A stretch of DNA of 64,000 nt from Octopus sinensis (taxonomy: Eukaryota): NCBI RefSeq assembly GCF_006345805.1, contig NC_043001.1, positions 77,686,001 to 77,750,000 of the forward strand, in the 5' to 3' direction. The notes under the pieces were generated by a model. That model made no database searches and had not been told where the DNA came from. It saw only the letters and a program-made list of their open reading frames with translations. Positions within the stretch are counted from its first letter, which is position 1; every line of letters begins with the position of its first letter. Shown piece by piece: positions 24,825 through 38,289 of this stretch. The translations under genes were made by a program, and so were the position numbers.

Positions 24825-25325
24825 ATATATATATACACGTAACTTTAAATTTAAAATAATAAGGGTGAAAACTCCAATATGAATTTGATTAATATGAATT
24901 GAAAACCAGTGGCGTAGCATATAAGACGATAGCAGAGCTTCTTCTAGCAAAATGGATGCCCACTGTTAACGGTACATCTCTGTTATATAATAGTTTCACT
25001 TTAATAGTTTCAGTATTAAAATGAAAGTATCTGACATTACAATAGAGAGATCTTTTTGTTTCACTTTTAACACGTAATACTGAAATAGTGGAGAAGATAT
25101 GATATTGCTGTGGGCTCTCCCTAGGCAAGAAGTTAAAAACCTTTTTTGCCCATGACACTACATGGACCCTAAGTAAGGTATGTGTAAAATTGGAATGAAA
25201 TTGGTTGTGTAGTTCTCAAGTTTTAGGGATTCACAAAGACATACAGTCAGACACACATTCCCAGTTTTATATATATAGATATATATATACATATATATAC
25301 ATGCATATATATATATATATCAATT

Positions 25326-25375
<50 letters not shown>

Positions 25376-25627
25376 ATACTAAGCAATAAAGGGTTTAGCA
25401 ACGAATTGCCTTACCACATACCGAATTTAGAAACAGCAGTCAAAGAGTTATAGCTATTTCTTCTACTAAAAAGGGAGATCTCAGTAAAAACAGCAATTGG
25501 AGGGCAGACACAAACAGGTAAGAGAGAATGAATTGACGGCAATCTATCATACATTTTTAAGTTATCTACGGACGTACGTTCGAAATCAAGTTTTTAGGAA
25601 AGCATAAGAATTAAATATTATATATTA

Positions 25628-25672
<45 letters not shown>

Positions 25673-25674
25673 CA

Positions 25675-25710
<36 letters not shown>

Positions 25711-25717
25711 TATATTA

Positions 25718-25749
<32 letters not shown>

Positions 25750-26006
25750 AATATATACATTTATATATATATATATGTAGAGATACTTTGAAGCAATGTA
25801 CAGATATTGTATATTGAGAATAACAAGGAAGTTAGAATTTTGGATAATTATATATATATATTATTTACATTTTTAGCACTATATTTCGTTATCGGATTTA
25901 TCACTCATTTATACTCATTTTTGATAAACCCGATAACGGAAGAAGCGCTAAAAATGTTAAAAAATATATATAATCATCCAACATTCTGACAACCTTGTTA
26001 TTCTCA

Positions 26007-26047
<41 letters not shown>

Positions 26048-26062
26048 GGTGTGTGTGTGTGT

Positions 26063-26333
26063 GGAGGCGCAATGGCCCAGTGGTTAGGGTAGCGGACTCG
26101 CGGTTTCGATTCCCAGACCGGGCGTTGTGAGTGTTTATTGGCTCCACGAGGCTCCGGCAGGATGGGGGGCGATCCCTGCTGTACTCTTTCGCCACAACTT
26201 TCTCTCCCTCCTTCTTCTGTTGGCCTGCTCGCTTAGCCAGCGGTGTGGCGTCATTTGGAGGCTAAAACGATGCGAAGCGCATTGTCACCAGCGATGTGTA
26301 GCAACATCTGATAGCCTGGTCGGTCACGGTGAT
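26063..26333 (+). mobile_element. tRNA-derived SINE (family D)
   Basis: GGAGGCGCAATGGCCCAGTGGTTAGGG..GGTTTCGATTCCCAGACCGGG; GC-rich body between microsatellites. Confidence 0.7.
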
Positions 26334-26334
26334 A

Positions 26335-26396
<62 letters not shown>

Positions 26397-26466
26397 AACA
26401 TACATATATGTCTGCATTATGTCCCGAATTTTGGCGGCAGCTTTCTAGCTGAAACATTTTTAAGGA

Positions 26467-26521
<55 letters not shown>

Positions 26522-27289
26522 ATATATATATATATATATGATCATTTATGTGTGTATGCTATTTACAATGATGCCTTCCTTCTCTGCTATACTTTGAAAC
26601 AAACGAAAAAGGAAACAGAAGTCACCATTAGAGAATATTCATTTATTATAACGACATTTCACTGTATTATGTCATAATGTAGAATATTTATTATTTATGT
26701 TGAGTCTTTCAGTTCCAGCTGCCGTGTATGGCTCTTTCGCAAATACCTGTTGAACTAGAGTAGGAGAACTTAGACAGTTTGCAATTTCTGTGGTAATGTT
26801 TAATGCACCGATCGCATGTAGGATTGGCATGATTTTCATATTCTCATATTCAGTGTATATATACACAGAAATATATATATATATACATCCATATATATGT
26901 ATATATCTCTCTACCTCTACATATATATGTGTGTGAATAAATATATATATATATAAATATACACATACATGTATATATATTTATATAAGTATACATATGT
27001 AGGCTCACAACACACTCATACACTCACACACATGTTATATATGTGCATGCATATCTTTGTATATATCTTCGTATATATATGTGTGGATGGATGTATAAGT
27101 CTTTGCGTGTTTGAGCATGAGTGTATATACAAGTATATCTGTATAGGTACTTATATATGAGTGTATATAGAGATATAATCATACATTATGTTTATATTTA
27201 TATACATACATACATATACGTTAATATATCTATGGATGCATAGATATAAACGTATATATAAATATATATATATTCACATAGATACATAC

Positions 27290-27339
<50 letters not shown>

Positions 27340-27942
27340 TTATACATGTGCTTATGTATCTGCATATGTATATATTGATATATATACGTATATATATACA
27401 AACATACATCTATATGCATTTCTGTACATATATATATGTGTGTGTGTGTGTGGGGGGGGGTATATACATCCATTCATTTACATAATGATCTGTTTTGGAT
27501 TTACTATAAAATTATGAAGATTCAACAACTCTTCCAACATAGCCCTTAGCTAGATTTCCAGGAAATTAAAGGGAAAGAAAAGAAATAAAGATGCAGTGTC
27601 TATAGCTAAGTAAGATAGCTGTGCACACAATGTAAGTAATCTATGTTCTGAGTGCTTATGGAATTGAATCTCGCTTACACTAAACGAAATACGCATGAAT
27701 ATGTGTATATATATATATATATATGCATACATATATATATGCATATATATATATATATATATTATATAGGTGTTGCAACGCCCCCGACACAGGAATACAT
27801 ATTTGTGCGCGCATATATGTATGGGTGCATGCATATACATGTGTGCGCACATATATACGCAATGTCGTTCATGAATATATTTGCATGTATGTCCATAAGT
27901 GTGTTTGTGTGTGTATATATATACATACACACATACACACAG

Positions 27943-27989
<47 letters not shown>

Positions 27990-28094
27990 AAAATATATAT
28001 ATACACATACACAATATGTATATATACATGCATATTTCTATATGTGGGCATGATACACATAACCTACGTATCAATATATATTCTCTCTCTCTCT

Positions 28095-28215
28095 CTCTCT
28101 TACTGTTTTACTTGTTTCAGTCAATTGACTGCGGCCATGCTAGAGCACCGCCTTTGGTCGAAGAAATCGATCCCATGATTTATTTTTTGTAAGCCTAGTA
28201 CTTATTCTATCGGAT
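28095..28215 (-). mobile_element. SINE family B 3' fragment
   Basis: TTTACTTGTTTCAGTCAATTGACTGCGGCCATGCTAGAGCACCGCC. Confidence 0.8.
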
Positions 28216-28272
28216 ATGTTCAACGTATATGTATGCATGCATGTATGTATGTATATATATATATATATATAT

Positions 28273-28430
28273 ATCGTGAAGTATATTTGCCTCCTAAATG
28301 TGGCTGACTCATATGGGACGATGCTACTGTAGTTTATAGTCCCGGAAAGACATATTCTCCAGGTGGCTAACGACGTGTATCACGTCAGGCCAGAGACGGG
28401 AACGATGACTTCTCTTCTCAAATACTGATC
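28273..28430 (-). mobile_element. Partial copy of the fold-back MITE at 45962-46296
   Basis: ATCGTGAAGTATATTTGCC.CCTAAATGTG.. matches the MITE arm; GTGTATCACGTCAGGC..GATGACTTC..CTGAT matches the RC of the MITE spacer. Confidence 0.8.
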
Positions 28431-28434
28431 GGGC

Positions 28435-28643
28435 ACTGTTCGTTCTGCAGTGGAGGTTTTATTTCTTGTCAGCCATGCATACCTCTGTTCATCACTTTGA
28501 GAAGCTCTTGGTTTTGTAGTGCACAGTCTGTTCGTTTTTTGGCGTGTTTACCTTTCTGCAGCTGTCTCTCTTTCCCTGGACAAAGACATTCTTTTGGTTG
28601 ACCTTGACATTGTAGACAAATTTGACACTTTCTTTCTAGGCAT
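28435..28643 (-). pseudogene. Helitron RepHel N-terminus relic
   Basis: MPRKKVSNLSTMSRSTKRMSLSRERETAAER*TRQKTNRL..RASQSDEQRYAWL has the basic MPRK start and the R..ET.E.R..RL repeats I associate with animal Helitron proteins; one in-frame stop. Confidence 0.55.
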
Positions 28644-30136
28644 GGTTATATATTTATACAGAAATACACGGGTGCAGATGATAATAAACAATGAAAATAA
28701 CTTGATAATGGAAATTATACTTCTTAATACGACGGGCAGAAAGTAAATAAGTAATTTTTACGAAACATTGAGAATTGTACGGTTTGAAGCGAAATCTGCC
28801 ACTCATTGAACAAAATAGTCAGTATCGCAGGAACCAGAAAAAAGCCGTCAACAACAGAAAAATAGGATCTAATTAAAATAATTCACAAAATCACCCCCCT
28901 TTAATTTTGATCAGATTGCTTTCAATTTGGTGTATTGATGCAACTCTGAATTTTGATTCCGATCAACCAATTCCTTTATCTCGTAAAATAAAGAATTGGT
29001 GCTATTTGGAATTAAAGTTGGGAAAATTTGTGTAATTTTAGCCAATCAACAGACAGCGAGGCATTAACAGCTTGTTACCAGGACAACCGCACATTGTGTT
29101 GTGTTTCACCCCCATACTGTGTTGATTCTTCACACCACGAGATTTGCTTCAGCTGTGTGTTTTGTCTTAATAAAAATTTATATTTATCAATTAGAATTTT
29201 ATTGTAGATGTTTTTCATCAGCTGCCTTAACATATTACATATGTTTCATATATTCTTCATATATATTTTACATATAATTCTTGAAGTTTATCTGTCTTTA
29301 CATTCGTCGCAACAAATGCTTTTCAGTTTAAACACAGGTCCGTCATTTCTAAAATGTTAGAACACAGTATGAGAGAGATTTTGCTGTTATTTATAGTAAA
29401 TTGAACAACCGCACAGATATTACATCATTGCCTCATTTGCTGATGTGTATAAGTAAGCAAAAACTAAAGGAAATGGATTTTCATCTGTTGCTAGGATGAT
29501 CATTCCAGTTGTATGATCAACTGAACTGGTTACACATTCAACTGGTACTTGTTTTATCAACCCTTAAAGGATGAAAGGTAAATACATTATAGATGGAATT
29601 TGAACTCAGAATGTAAAGCATTTTCCTAGGAGAGGATGAGGTGGTGGTGGACATTAGAGGGATGATAAGAAGAGAAGAGGCAAGTGGGATAAGAACGTCT
29701 GAGAGGAGGTGAGGTGAGCTCAGCTAGCTGCAAGGAGCAGAAGCCATATAGTACATTAGAAATGGCATAGAGAAGGGACACAGAATATCTGGGCATCAGA
29801 GGATGGAGCACGTCTGTGAGTGACTTAGTAGTTTATCTGTCAGGTGGCTAAAGGAGTGGGAGTAAAATTGGTGAAATAGAAACTGTGTGGAACCCTGCCA
29901 AATGAAGTACAGCTAATTTAAAGAGCCAACCTAGCTTCATACCAAATATGTAACCAATAAGAGAGACTGAAAGAACCTGTGACCAACAGCGATCCACAGC
30001 TCCCTGTCAATAGAATTATTCATCTGATATTTAGTAGGTTGCAAAAGTAAATAAGAAATTTTTAAGGAAATGGACTAAGTGTACAGATTTAAGTAAAATT
30101 TTTGAAGTTTCTTCTATGAGTAAATTATGAACTTAC

Positions 30137-30368
30137 TTTAATCAGTAATTCCGTCAACAAAAAAGAAAAAAGAAACACAAAAACGTTGCTAAAGTAAAGA
30201 AATTTGCAGGCAAATTTAACGGACTCTACAGATTCAAGTGACATTTATGAAGTTACTTCGGTCAGTAAATTATAAAATTTCATTCATCAGTAATTGTGAA
30301 CCTCTTTTTGTCAGTAATTTGTCGTTGTTTGTAAATAACGATTGAACTTAAAATGTAAGCAATAGCGT
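30137..30368 (-). other. Candidate non-coding (5' UTR) exon
   Basis: Acceptor CTTCCATTTTTCAG| at 30369, donor AAA|GTAAGT at 30136; all frames closed. Confidence 0.3.
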
Positions 30369-30946
30369 CTGAAAAATGGAAGTCATAACAATAGAGAGTG
30401 AGTAAGATATATAGGGAGCGGGAGAGAGAGATATATATTGTTAGACAGACAAATAAGACATATATAGATAGATATAGATAGATAAGATATAGACACAGAG
30501 ATTGAAAGATATAGATAGATATATTTGTGAGTGCGATATGTCCTGTGTTTATAAGCCAGCAGTAACTTGCTGTTTACTGTACTAAAACCGATAGTAATAT
30601 CGGAGGTCTTGTGGGACACTTAAGTTGTTTCTTTAACGTTCGATTTAGTAACAGAAATCCTTTGAAGAGACACATAAAAAACGTAGTTCCTAAAAATTTA
30701 AAAGTTCCTTTATTTGCGTGTAGCTGTTAGGTCACTGACACTAGAAAACCGGAAGTAAGTATTTTATTAAAAAAAACTTTCAGAGACATGAATGTAATAT
30801 AGAAAGCAATATCTTTTATTTCTAATAAAAACATCAAATGAGGAGCCTAACCTATGTCCGAGGTCAAATCATTCATGCATCACAAATATGAAAGCAATTG
30901 GTGAAGCCGTTTCGCGTGAAAAGCGAATACACACGTCTCTATTTTT

Positions 30947-30992
<46 letters not shown>

Positions 30993-31030
30993 TATATATA
31001 TATATATACACATACATACACACACATATG

Positions 31031-31098
<68 letters not shown>

Positions 31099-31297
31099 TA
31101 TGTATGTGTGTGATATATTTATGTATGTATGCATGTCATGAAATATGATTTCATACATCTATTTGATAGCTTATTTATGAATATTTTATGTTATTCTATG
31201 GATGTTGAAGTCGAATGTTCATTGGTATATTAATTGTTAAATAACTATAAATATTAACCTAAGTGTGCATGTGTGTTTGTGTGTGTGTATTAACTTG

Positions 31298-31334
<37 letters not shown>

Positions 31335-31429
31335 GGAGAGAGAGAGAGAGAGAGGGAGAGAGAGGATATGAATATAGACACTTACTATATTAGTGTATAT
31401 CTTAAGATATGCATATCTTCATATATATG

Positions 31430-32880
31430 TGTTGACACAGCACTTGCAACAAAACACTTGTCACTAAAGGATATTACAGGCAAAGACAATTTGGACCTCA
31501 GACGTCTTTGCATTCAATAAAACAGTGTCCCACAGTGTGTTTGCAATACCAGTACTCATATCAACATTTGGGCTGCTTGATTGGACGCTTGATGAGATTC
31601 GAGCCATTGATGAGAAAACCCGAAAAATATTAACAACCACACATAATTTCCACATAAACAGTGACATAGACCTCCACTAGCTACAGCAAAAACAAGGCGG
31701 CGGAGGCTTAACATCGATCCAAAATGCCTTTAAATATCGTATCGTATCCCTACGGCAACATCTGTTAACCATAAGGTATCGAAATGCATCCCTTGACTTG
31801 GAAGGCAACTCCTTGAGCAACATTCCTTGTCTGATAGGAAAGGATGAGACTATGTGAACAGAAGACTATGCAAGGATACATTAGTAGAAAGATCCGAGAT
31901 GATAATAACACTGATCATCAAAGCAGTCTATAGTGGAGCAAGAGCTGTATGTCTTCCACACACTTTGAAGGATATGCGTTTGTAATCCAGTAATAGGAAA
32001 TATGAACCAAATACCTGATGCACAAACGGAATAGAGATGCTGGAAAAGCAATAAAATGTGACAAATGTTGCAGAATTTGTGGAGTTAACATCGAAAGCAT
32101 CAGCCATATCATAGGCAATTGTTCGAAAATATCCTCACAGTATTATCTACCTACGAGTGATGATTTTGTAGCTAGGACAATCTATAATGTAATCAGTCGG
32201 AAGGATAACTCAGAGGAGAAACAAATAAGACCCCACAGTATGGTGGAAGCCATAGCCACTCATAATAAAAAGGAGTATTGGTGGAATGTCCCACTGAAGA
32301 CCTAAATAAAATTTAAGTACAACAGAACTGATGAAATGATTTGAGATAGAGAAGAGAAACTGCGCACAATAGTGGAAATTAGCTGCCCAGCGGATGTTAA
32401 CATAGAGGTGAAGATCAGTGAAAATGAGAACATCTATGCTGAACTATTGAGAAATCTGCAGTTACTCTATCCAGATTACAAGTTCAGGTTAAAACCTGTA
32501 ATTATTGGGGCCTTGAGATATGTATCACACTGCCTAAATGCCAATCTTGAGAAATTAGGCTCCTCAAAACCAGAAGGGAGAAAGCTAATTCGAAGACTAC
32601 AGAGCAAATCCAACATTAGGACTGTAAAAATCAGTAAACCTTTTCAGAAGTGTATCATTAAAATATATATGAGCATGTCTAGGAATGCGACTATATGCTT
32701 GAGAATACATACACAAAACAAAACATACAAATCTGCACATATACATACATATATATTTACAAACAAAAATACTGTATTGCTGATGTTGAAATTTCAGTGA
32801 AGAAGCCTTGGATCTAAGTTAGAAACCAGCTCTTTCTCTATTGGTAGGAAATCTGCAACTAAAACTGAGCAATGACATAC
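31430..32880 (+). mobile_element. R4/Dong-type LINE 3' part with (CATA)n tail
   Basis: FAIPVLISTFGLLDWTLDEIRAIDEKTRK..GGGGL; CRICGVNIESISHIIGNC; YWWNVP..IVEISCPADVN..PVIIGAL (REL domain). ~220-bp UTR, then GACATACATAC. Confidence 0.85.
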
Positions 32881-33126
32881 ATACGTGCATACATACATAA
32901 TACATACATACATTCGTATGTACATGCATACATGAATATATAATATTATATATATATATGTATATATATTGAAATATAGATGAATAGATATACTTACACA
33001 TTCACTACGCATACATGCAATATACAAACGTATATACATGTACCCCCAAACATATATATATATATAGATGTATATATGTGAATAAGTATGTATATATGTA
33101 TATGAATGTAGGTATGTATATATGTC

Positions 33127-33164
<38 letters not shown>

Positions 33165-33397
33165 GGGAGTGAGAGAGAGGTAGATACAGAGAGAGAGATG
33201 GAGAGCGAGTAAAACATATATGTATGTATATATATTTTTAATGAATGTGCGAGAATACGAAGATACAGGTCAGACAAAATTAGTTATAACGTTTCATTTA
33301 TAGAAGTCATGTTTACTTAACACATTTTCAAAATAGAAATAGAAAACTGTCTGAAAGACCATGTCTATTATCCAAAGCTTATTCAATATTTCCTTAC

Positions 33398-33480
33398 CTC
33401 GATGAAAATCTAAGTTTCTGAACATGAGTGTAGAAAGAAAAGAGAACGCAATATGAAACCGGAAACGGAAACTCCGCCAT
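33398..33480 (-). CDS. Candidate first exon (coding or uORF): MAEFPFPVSYCVLFSFYTHVQKLRFSS-R (phase 2)
   Basis: CAAACAAAATGGCGG start context, 27 open codons, strong donor GAG|GTAAGG at 33397; unique sequence. Confidence 0.5.
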
Positions 33481-33560
33481 TTTGTTTGTTAGCTTATTGG
33501 TTTGTATTTGTTGGTTGATGTGTGATATTTACATGATCACAATCACAAAGGATACAACTT
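33455..33560 (-). promoter_or_regulatory. Candidate promoter/TSS region
   Basis: YY1-like CAAAATGGCGG overlapping the ATG, CCAAT ~15 nt upstream, ETS-like CCGGAA at 33459. Confidence 0.35.
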
Positions 33561-33699
33561 CCACGATCATTCACTGTATTCATTAGGTTTTGTATTCGTT
33601 GCTATTATAAATATACGAATCCCCTGCATAGACACGTACATATATACATGATACATACATGCACAGACAGAAACAGAGACACACCCATACACACACACC

Positions 33700-33742
<43 letters not shown>

Positions 33743-34249
33743 GCAGGTAGATAGATAGGTATATATTAATATATACATGTATGAGTGTGTGTGTGTTGTC
33801 TGCTTGGCCTAGTGTTTAGAGAATGGCACTCACTATCGGATGGTCATGGTTTCGATCGAGCAAAACACTTCCTTTCACGTTACTCCATTCCCCTCAGCTG
33901 TAAATGTGTAACCTTGTGACGATGTGGTATTCCGATGAGGTGAGGATTTTGGCCTTCCCGCCTACACAACGGGATAGCACGTGTATGTATATATATATAT
34001 ATATATATTGATAGTTATCGCCAAGCTAACGTGCCAATCCAGGAAAATAGGGCGAATGCTGCCGTTGATTAGCTCCAAGAGGACATCGCCTCTAGCTAGC
34101 TATGGGACACGCGATCTCGTGTCCATTATAACCTCCGAATAGGGGAGATCAGTCACTTCCACTTGTTGGTCTGGCACCCACAGACTAGTTTCGGGATATT
34201 TGCCCCTTATCAATATAGAGCAGCCGAACCCAGCAGGCATATATATATA

Positions 34250-34327
<78 letters not shown>

Positions 34328-35071
34328 AAGCGCGTGGGAAGTATCTATGCATTAGATATTGCTTATATAATTTTCAGTATCACTGAAGTCAAAACAAAAA
34401 TATATTTTAAACGGCTAACACGTTGCTGGCCTTGTGCAAAAATTTGAAACATATATATTTATTGATATATTGATAAACATACATAGTAAACTGCTCTTTA
34501 TCATTTCCGACGATGAGTATCTAAGTTATAAGATCAACCAAATTGCTCACTAATTCAATTGTCGTGAAAATGGCTCAGTGTTTTACTATTCTACAAGAAT
34601 ATCAACTTTAATATAATTTTCTCCAAGATTCAGCGTTACGCAAATTATGACACGACTGGCCGTTTAAATTACAGCTGGCCTCCATCCAAACAGGTTTGTG
34701 CACAATTTCAGGTCATCTGCTTAATTTCATTCGCATTGCTTATATCTACCAGTGGCTATAGATTTAAGAAATAAAAACTAACCAAACATCCATGCAGTGG
34801 TTCATCGTTTTCCGAAATAGTTTTTTAAAACTACTACGCCATACTTGTTGCCAAATTTGCATTCATATCCACATTCAAAACCCATCCGCAAACACAATCA
34901 AAACACAACCATATATGCACATGTATTTGTATGTATGTGTGTATGTATGTCTGTAGCTATCTAGCTAGCTAGCTATCTATCCATATACCTGCATATATAT
35001 ATGTATGCATGTATGTATATATGTATACATATGTATGTATGCATGTATGTGTATATGTATACATATGTATG

Positions 35072-35125
<54 letters not shown>

Positions 35126-35222
35126 TCATCGGTAGCATTTTTCTTGACTGCCACGTTAGCTTGCCGATAACAACTAATACCCAGTACTGTAGTCGTCACC
35201 TCCTTTAAAGAGATTTAGAATG

Positions 35223-35271
<49 letters not shown>

Positions 35272-35676
35272 TCACAAACAGTCGCATTTACACTTGTATA
35301 TATACATACGTGTGTGTGTGTGTGCGTGTGTGTGTGTGTGTGCGTGTTTGGGTGTGTGTGTATGTGTCTGCGTGTGTGTGTATGTGTGTGCTATTTCAAG
35401 AACGAATGTATTGTTTATATATTATAGCAGAGGTAAACGCCTCTATGGATGCTGGAAGCCATCACTGAGACAATATATGGAAGATTGAAAGCATTTCAAT
35501 TTTTACTGCAGAACTGTTTGAGGCATTTCCAATTTATATTTTTAATGTGGGCATATTTGGGTGTATAAGTGTGTGTGTGAGTGACAGACAGAGGTTTGTA
35601 ATCACATATAATATGTATAAAAATACACGCACACATACATATATATATAGATATAATATAAGCAATATATATATAT

Positions 35677-35808
35677 GATGTAATCTCCAAGGATAGAGGC
35701 ATCCAGCAACAAGACCTCCGTAATGCCATGATGGACCGTGAAGTCTGGCGTAGCATAGTAAATTCCATTGTCTCGACCACGGTCGAACAATGATGATGAT
35801 GATGATGA
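35677..35808 (+). mobile_element. RTE-type LINE extreme 3' end with (TGA)n tail
   Basis: Near-identical to the RC of 55915-56035: ..LRNAMMDREVWRS.VNSIVSTTVEQ* followed by (TGA)6. Confidence 0.85.
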
Positions 35809-36060
35809 TATGTGTGTGTGTGTTCGTGTTCAGTATTTATATTGTTGTTTTCGTGATAGAATTGGTCTTAGAGGTGTTCCTATTTTGGTTTTAGTAGCCA
35901 GAACCAAGAGAGAAAGTGGTCTCATAGAGACAAAGATATGCACACACCCATCACACACGCACACATTCAACATTACAGTCCTACACACACGCTTGTACGT
36001 ATATGTGTATATATGTATATGTGTGTGTGTGTGTGTGTATGTATATGCATATATATATAT

Positions 36061-36449
36061 AGGCGCAGGAGTGGCTGTGTTTGTAAGTAGCTTGCTTACC
36101 AACCACATGGTTCCGGGGGCAGTCCCACTGCGTGGCATCTTGGGCGAGTGTCTTCTACTACAGCCTCGGGACGGCCAAAGCCTTGTGAGTGGATTTGGTA
36201 GACGAAAAGTGAAAGACGCCCGTTTGTATATATGTATATATATATAAGTGTGTGTGTGTTTGTGTGTCTGTGTTTGTCCCCATAGCATTGCTTGACAACC
36301 GATGCTGGTGTGTTTACCTCGCCGTCGGTTCGGCAAAAGAGAGCGATAGAATAAGTACTGGGCTTACAAAGAATAAGTCCCGGGGTCGATTTGTTCGAAT
36401 AAAGGCGGTGCTCCAGCATGGCCGCAGTCAAATGACTGAAACAAGTAAA
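36061..36449 (+). mobile_element. Complete SINE family B with internal (TA)n(TG)n
   Basis: tRNA-like head GGCGCAGGAGTGGCTGTG..CAGTCCCACTGCG; internal microsatellite at ~36225-36270; tail CAGCATGGCCGCAGTCAAATGACTGAAACAAGTAAA. Confidence 0.88.
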
Positions 36450-36559
36450 TATATATGCAGGAAAAATGCATTAAATACCAAAAGATGTACACGTAGGACA
36501 GTCACAGAAGGGCCTTAATTCATCATCAGTTATTAACATAAGTGTTAATACTCAGTTTC

Positions 36560-36860
36560 ATGCCTTACTTATAAAACTGAGAACTTCGCATATCGGGCCA
36601 TCCGACTAATTTTTCTATCTCTGACTTTTTGCACCAGACGCTCAACTTGCCGGTAGATATCTCTCTCTTGTCTTGTAATTTCACTTTCTATATCAATTCA
36701 GAATTCCTTCCAGTCGTTACCTACCATCGTAGTCTGTTTGGTTGAAAGGCTGTAATTATTTCGTCTTCGTCAATCACATTTGTTTATTTTCGTACGTTTA
36801 CCCTGTATCGTTTGGTTTGCTCAAGCCCTAATTCTCTGCAAATTTTGCGGGTGCCACCGA
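36560..36860 (-). mobile_element. Possible old RTE-type LINE 3' relic
   Basis: IDEDEIITAFQPNRLRW resembles the RTE 'I..RRLRW.GH' motif; otherwise heavily decayed. Confidence 0.3.
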
Positions 36861-37056
36861 TATGTAAAGATCTATGCCTTACAATTAAAGACATAAAACA
36901 GAGTATTAATATTTTGGTTGATAACTGATGTAGAATTATGGTCCCTCTGTGTCTCTGCTATGTTTACCGTCTTTTGGTACTTAATACGCTTTTCATTTAT
37001 TCAGCAACTACACGACACACATCCTGACTTTTGTTAACAGTAATTTTATATATATA

Positions 37057-38160
37057 TACTAGCAGTATCACCCGGTGTTGCTTGGGTTTGTTGCGATCCT
37101 TTAGAATTGGAATTTTTGAAAAGTAAAAATTTTGCTTTATGCAACTTGTTATTCTCTTCAAGTGAACATTTTCCCAGTTGAAATACACCGAAAAATGGTG
37201 ACACAGCAGTCAAAAATCGTAAAAAATAGAGATTTTCATAGAAAAAAAGCACCTTTTTGATGTAAATAATTTTTGGTGTTAACATGGTCCGATTTGAATT
37301 TTATCATCTTCAAAATAAAGAGCAAGCCTTCTTCTATCATACGCTCAATTTTAGTCAACTTGCGCCGCAGAGTCTCGGAGGAGATAGTGTTAGTTGAAGG
37401 CTACCAAACCTGCCACACACAGACAACTTCAGCTTTATATATATAGATTTGCTACACGCTACTTTCCATCCTTAATAATGAAACTTGGTAGATCCAAAAG
37501 TTAAACACACAGACACACACACAGATACACACACAGACACACGAGTTGAGTTTTATATATATAGATTTCTCAACGGGGATTTCAGGGGAGAGTTTCAGGG
37601 AGTCGCTGGCGATGTATCGTGATGATCAAAAATTCGGCCTGCTAAAATTGTGTTAAAGTGTTTCAAACTGCAGACTCAACGCAAAATAGTCACATTTAAT
37701 TCAAAGCGTTAAAAATGTTATGAAAACAATTGGTATGTGTTCACAAAGTCCAAACGATTAATACGAAAATACCCTCCAGGCTACATCCCGAAAATCCATT
37801 TCCTTGCCGAATTTCTACAATGTTTACGGCGATTCGTTTTTATTTCTTGATTTTTTATTGTTCATGCAATTTACGCATGCTTGCACGCGTGGTGAACACA
37901 GTTCACATCAAACAGCTGACTGAGTTCACTATTCAATGCATGGGATAAGGCCTAAACAAACACACTATCGATTTTTGCACTAGCGAGATGAATTTCGGAA
38001 CAGAAATAGCGCAGTTCAATTTTCATTCGCCTAAACTTTAAGTGACCCATTTTTGGTGGATTTGTTGGGTAGGAGGAGATGTGCCGGGAGGAGATGTGCC
38101 GGGAAGTTAAACACACACACACACACACAGACACACAAGTTGAGTTTTATATATATAGAT
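37057..38160 (+). mobile_element. Cluster of HINE-like elements: one complete (37057-37448) and two further 3' ends (ending 37566 and 38160)
   Basis: 5' TACTAGCAGTATCACCCGG; three termini of form ACACACAGAC..(C/T)TTTATATATATAGAT. Confidence 0.7.
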
Positions 38161-38165
38161 GTGTA

Positions 38166-38201
<36 letters not shown>

Positions 38202-38244
38202 TGTATGTATGTATATATATATATGTATGTATGTATATATATAT

Positions 38245-38289
<45 letters not shown>

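Noticed and set aside
24908-25165. hAT-like MITE starting CAGTGGCGTAGC
   Set aside because: No convincing matching right TIR or 8-bp TSD.
32775-32840. Hammerhead-like GTGAAGA..AGAAACC in the R4/Dong 3' UTR
   Set aside because: The core and stems I and III do not satisfy the fold.
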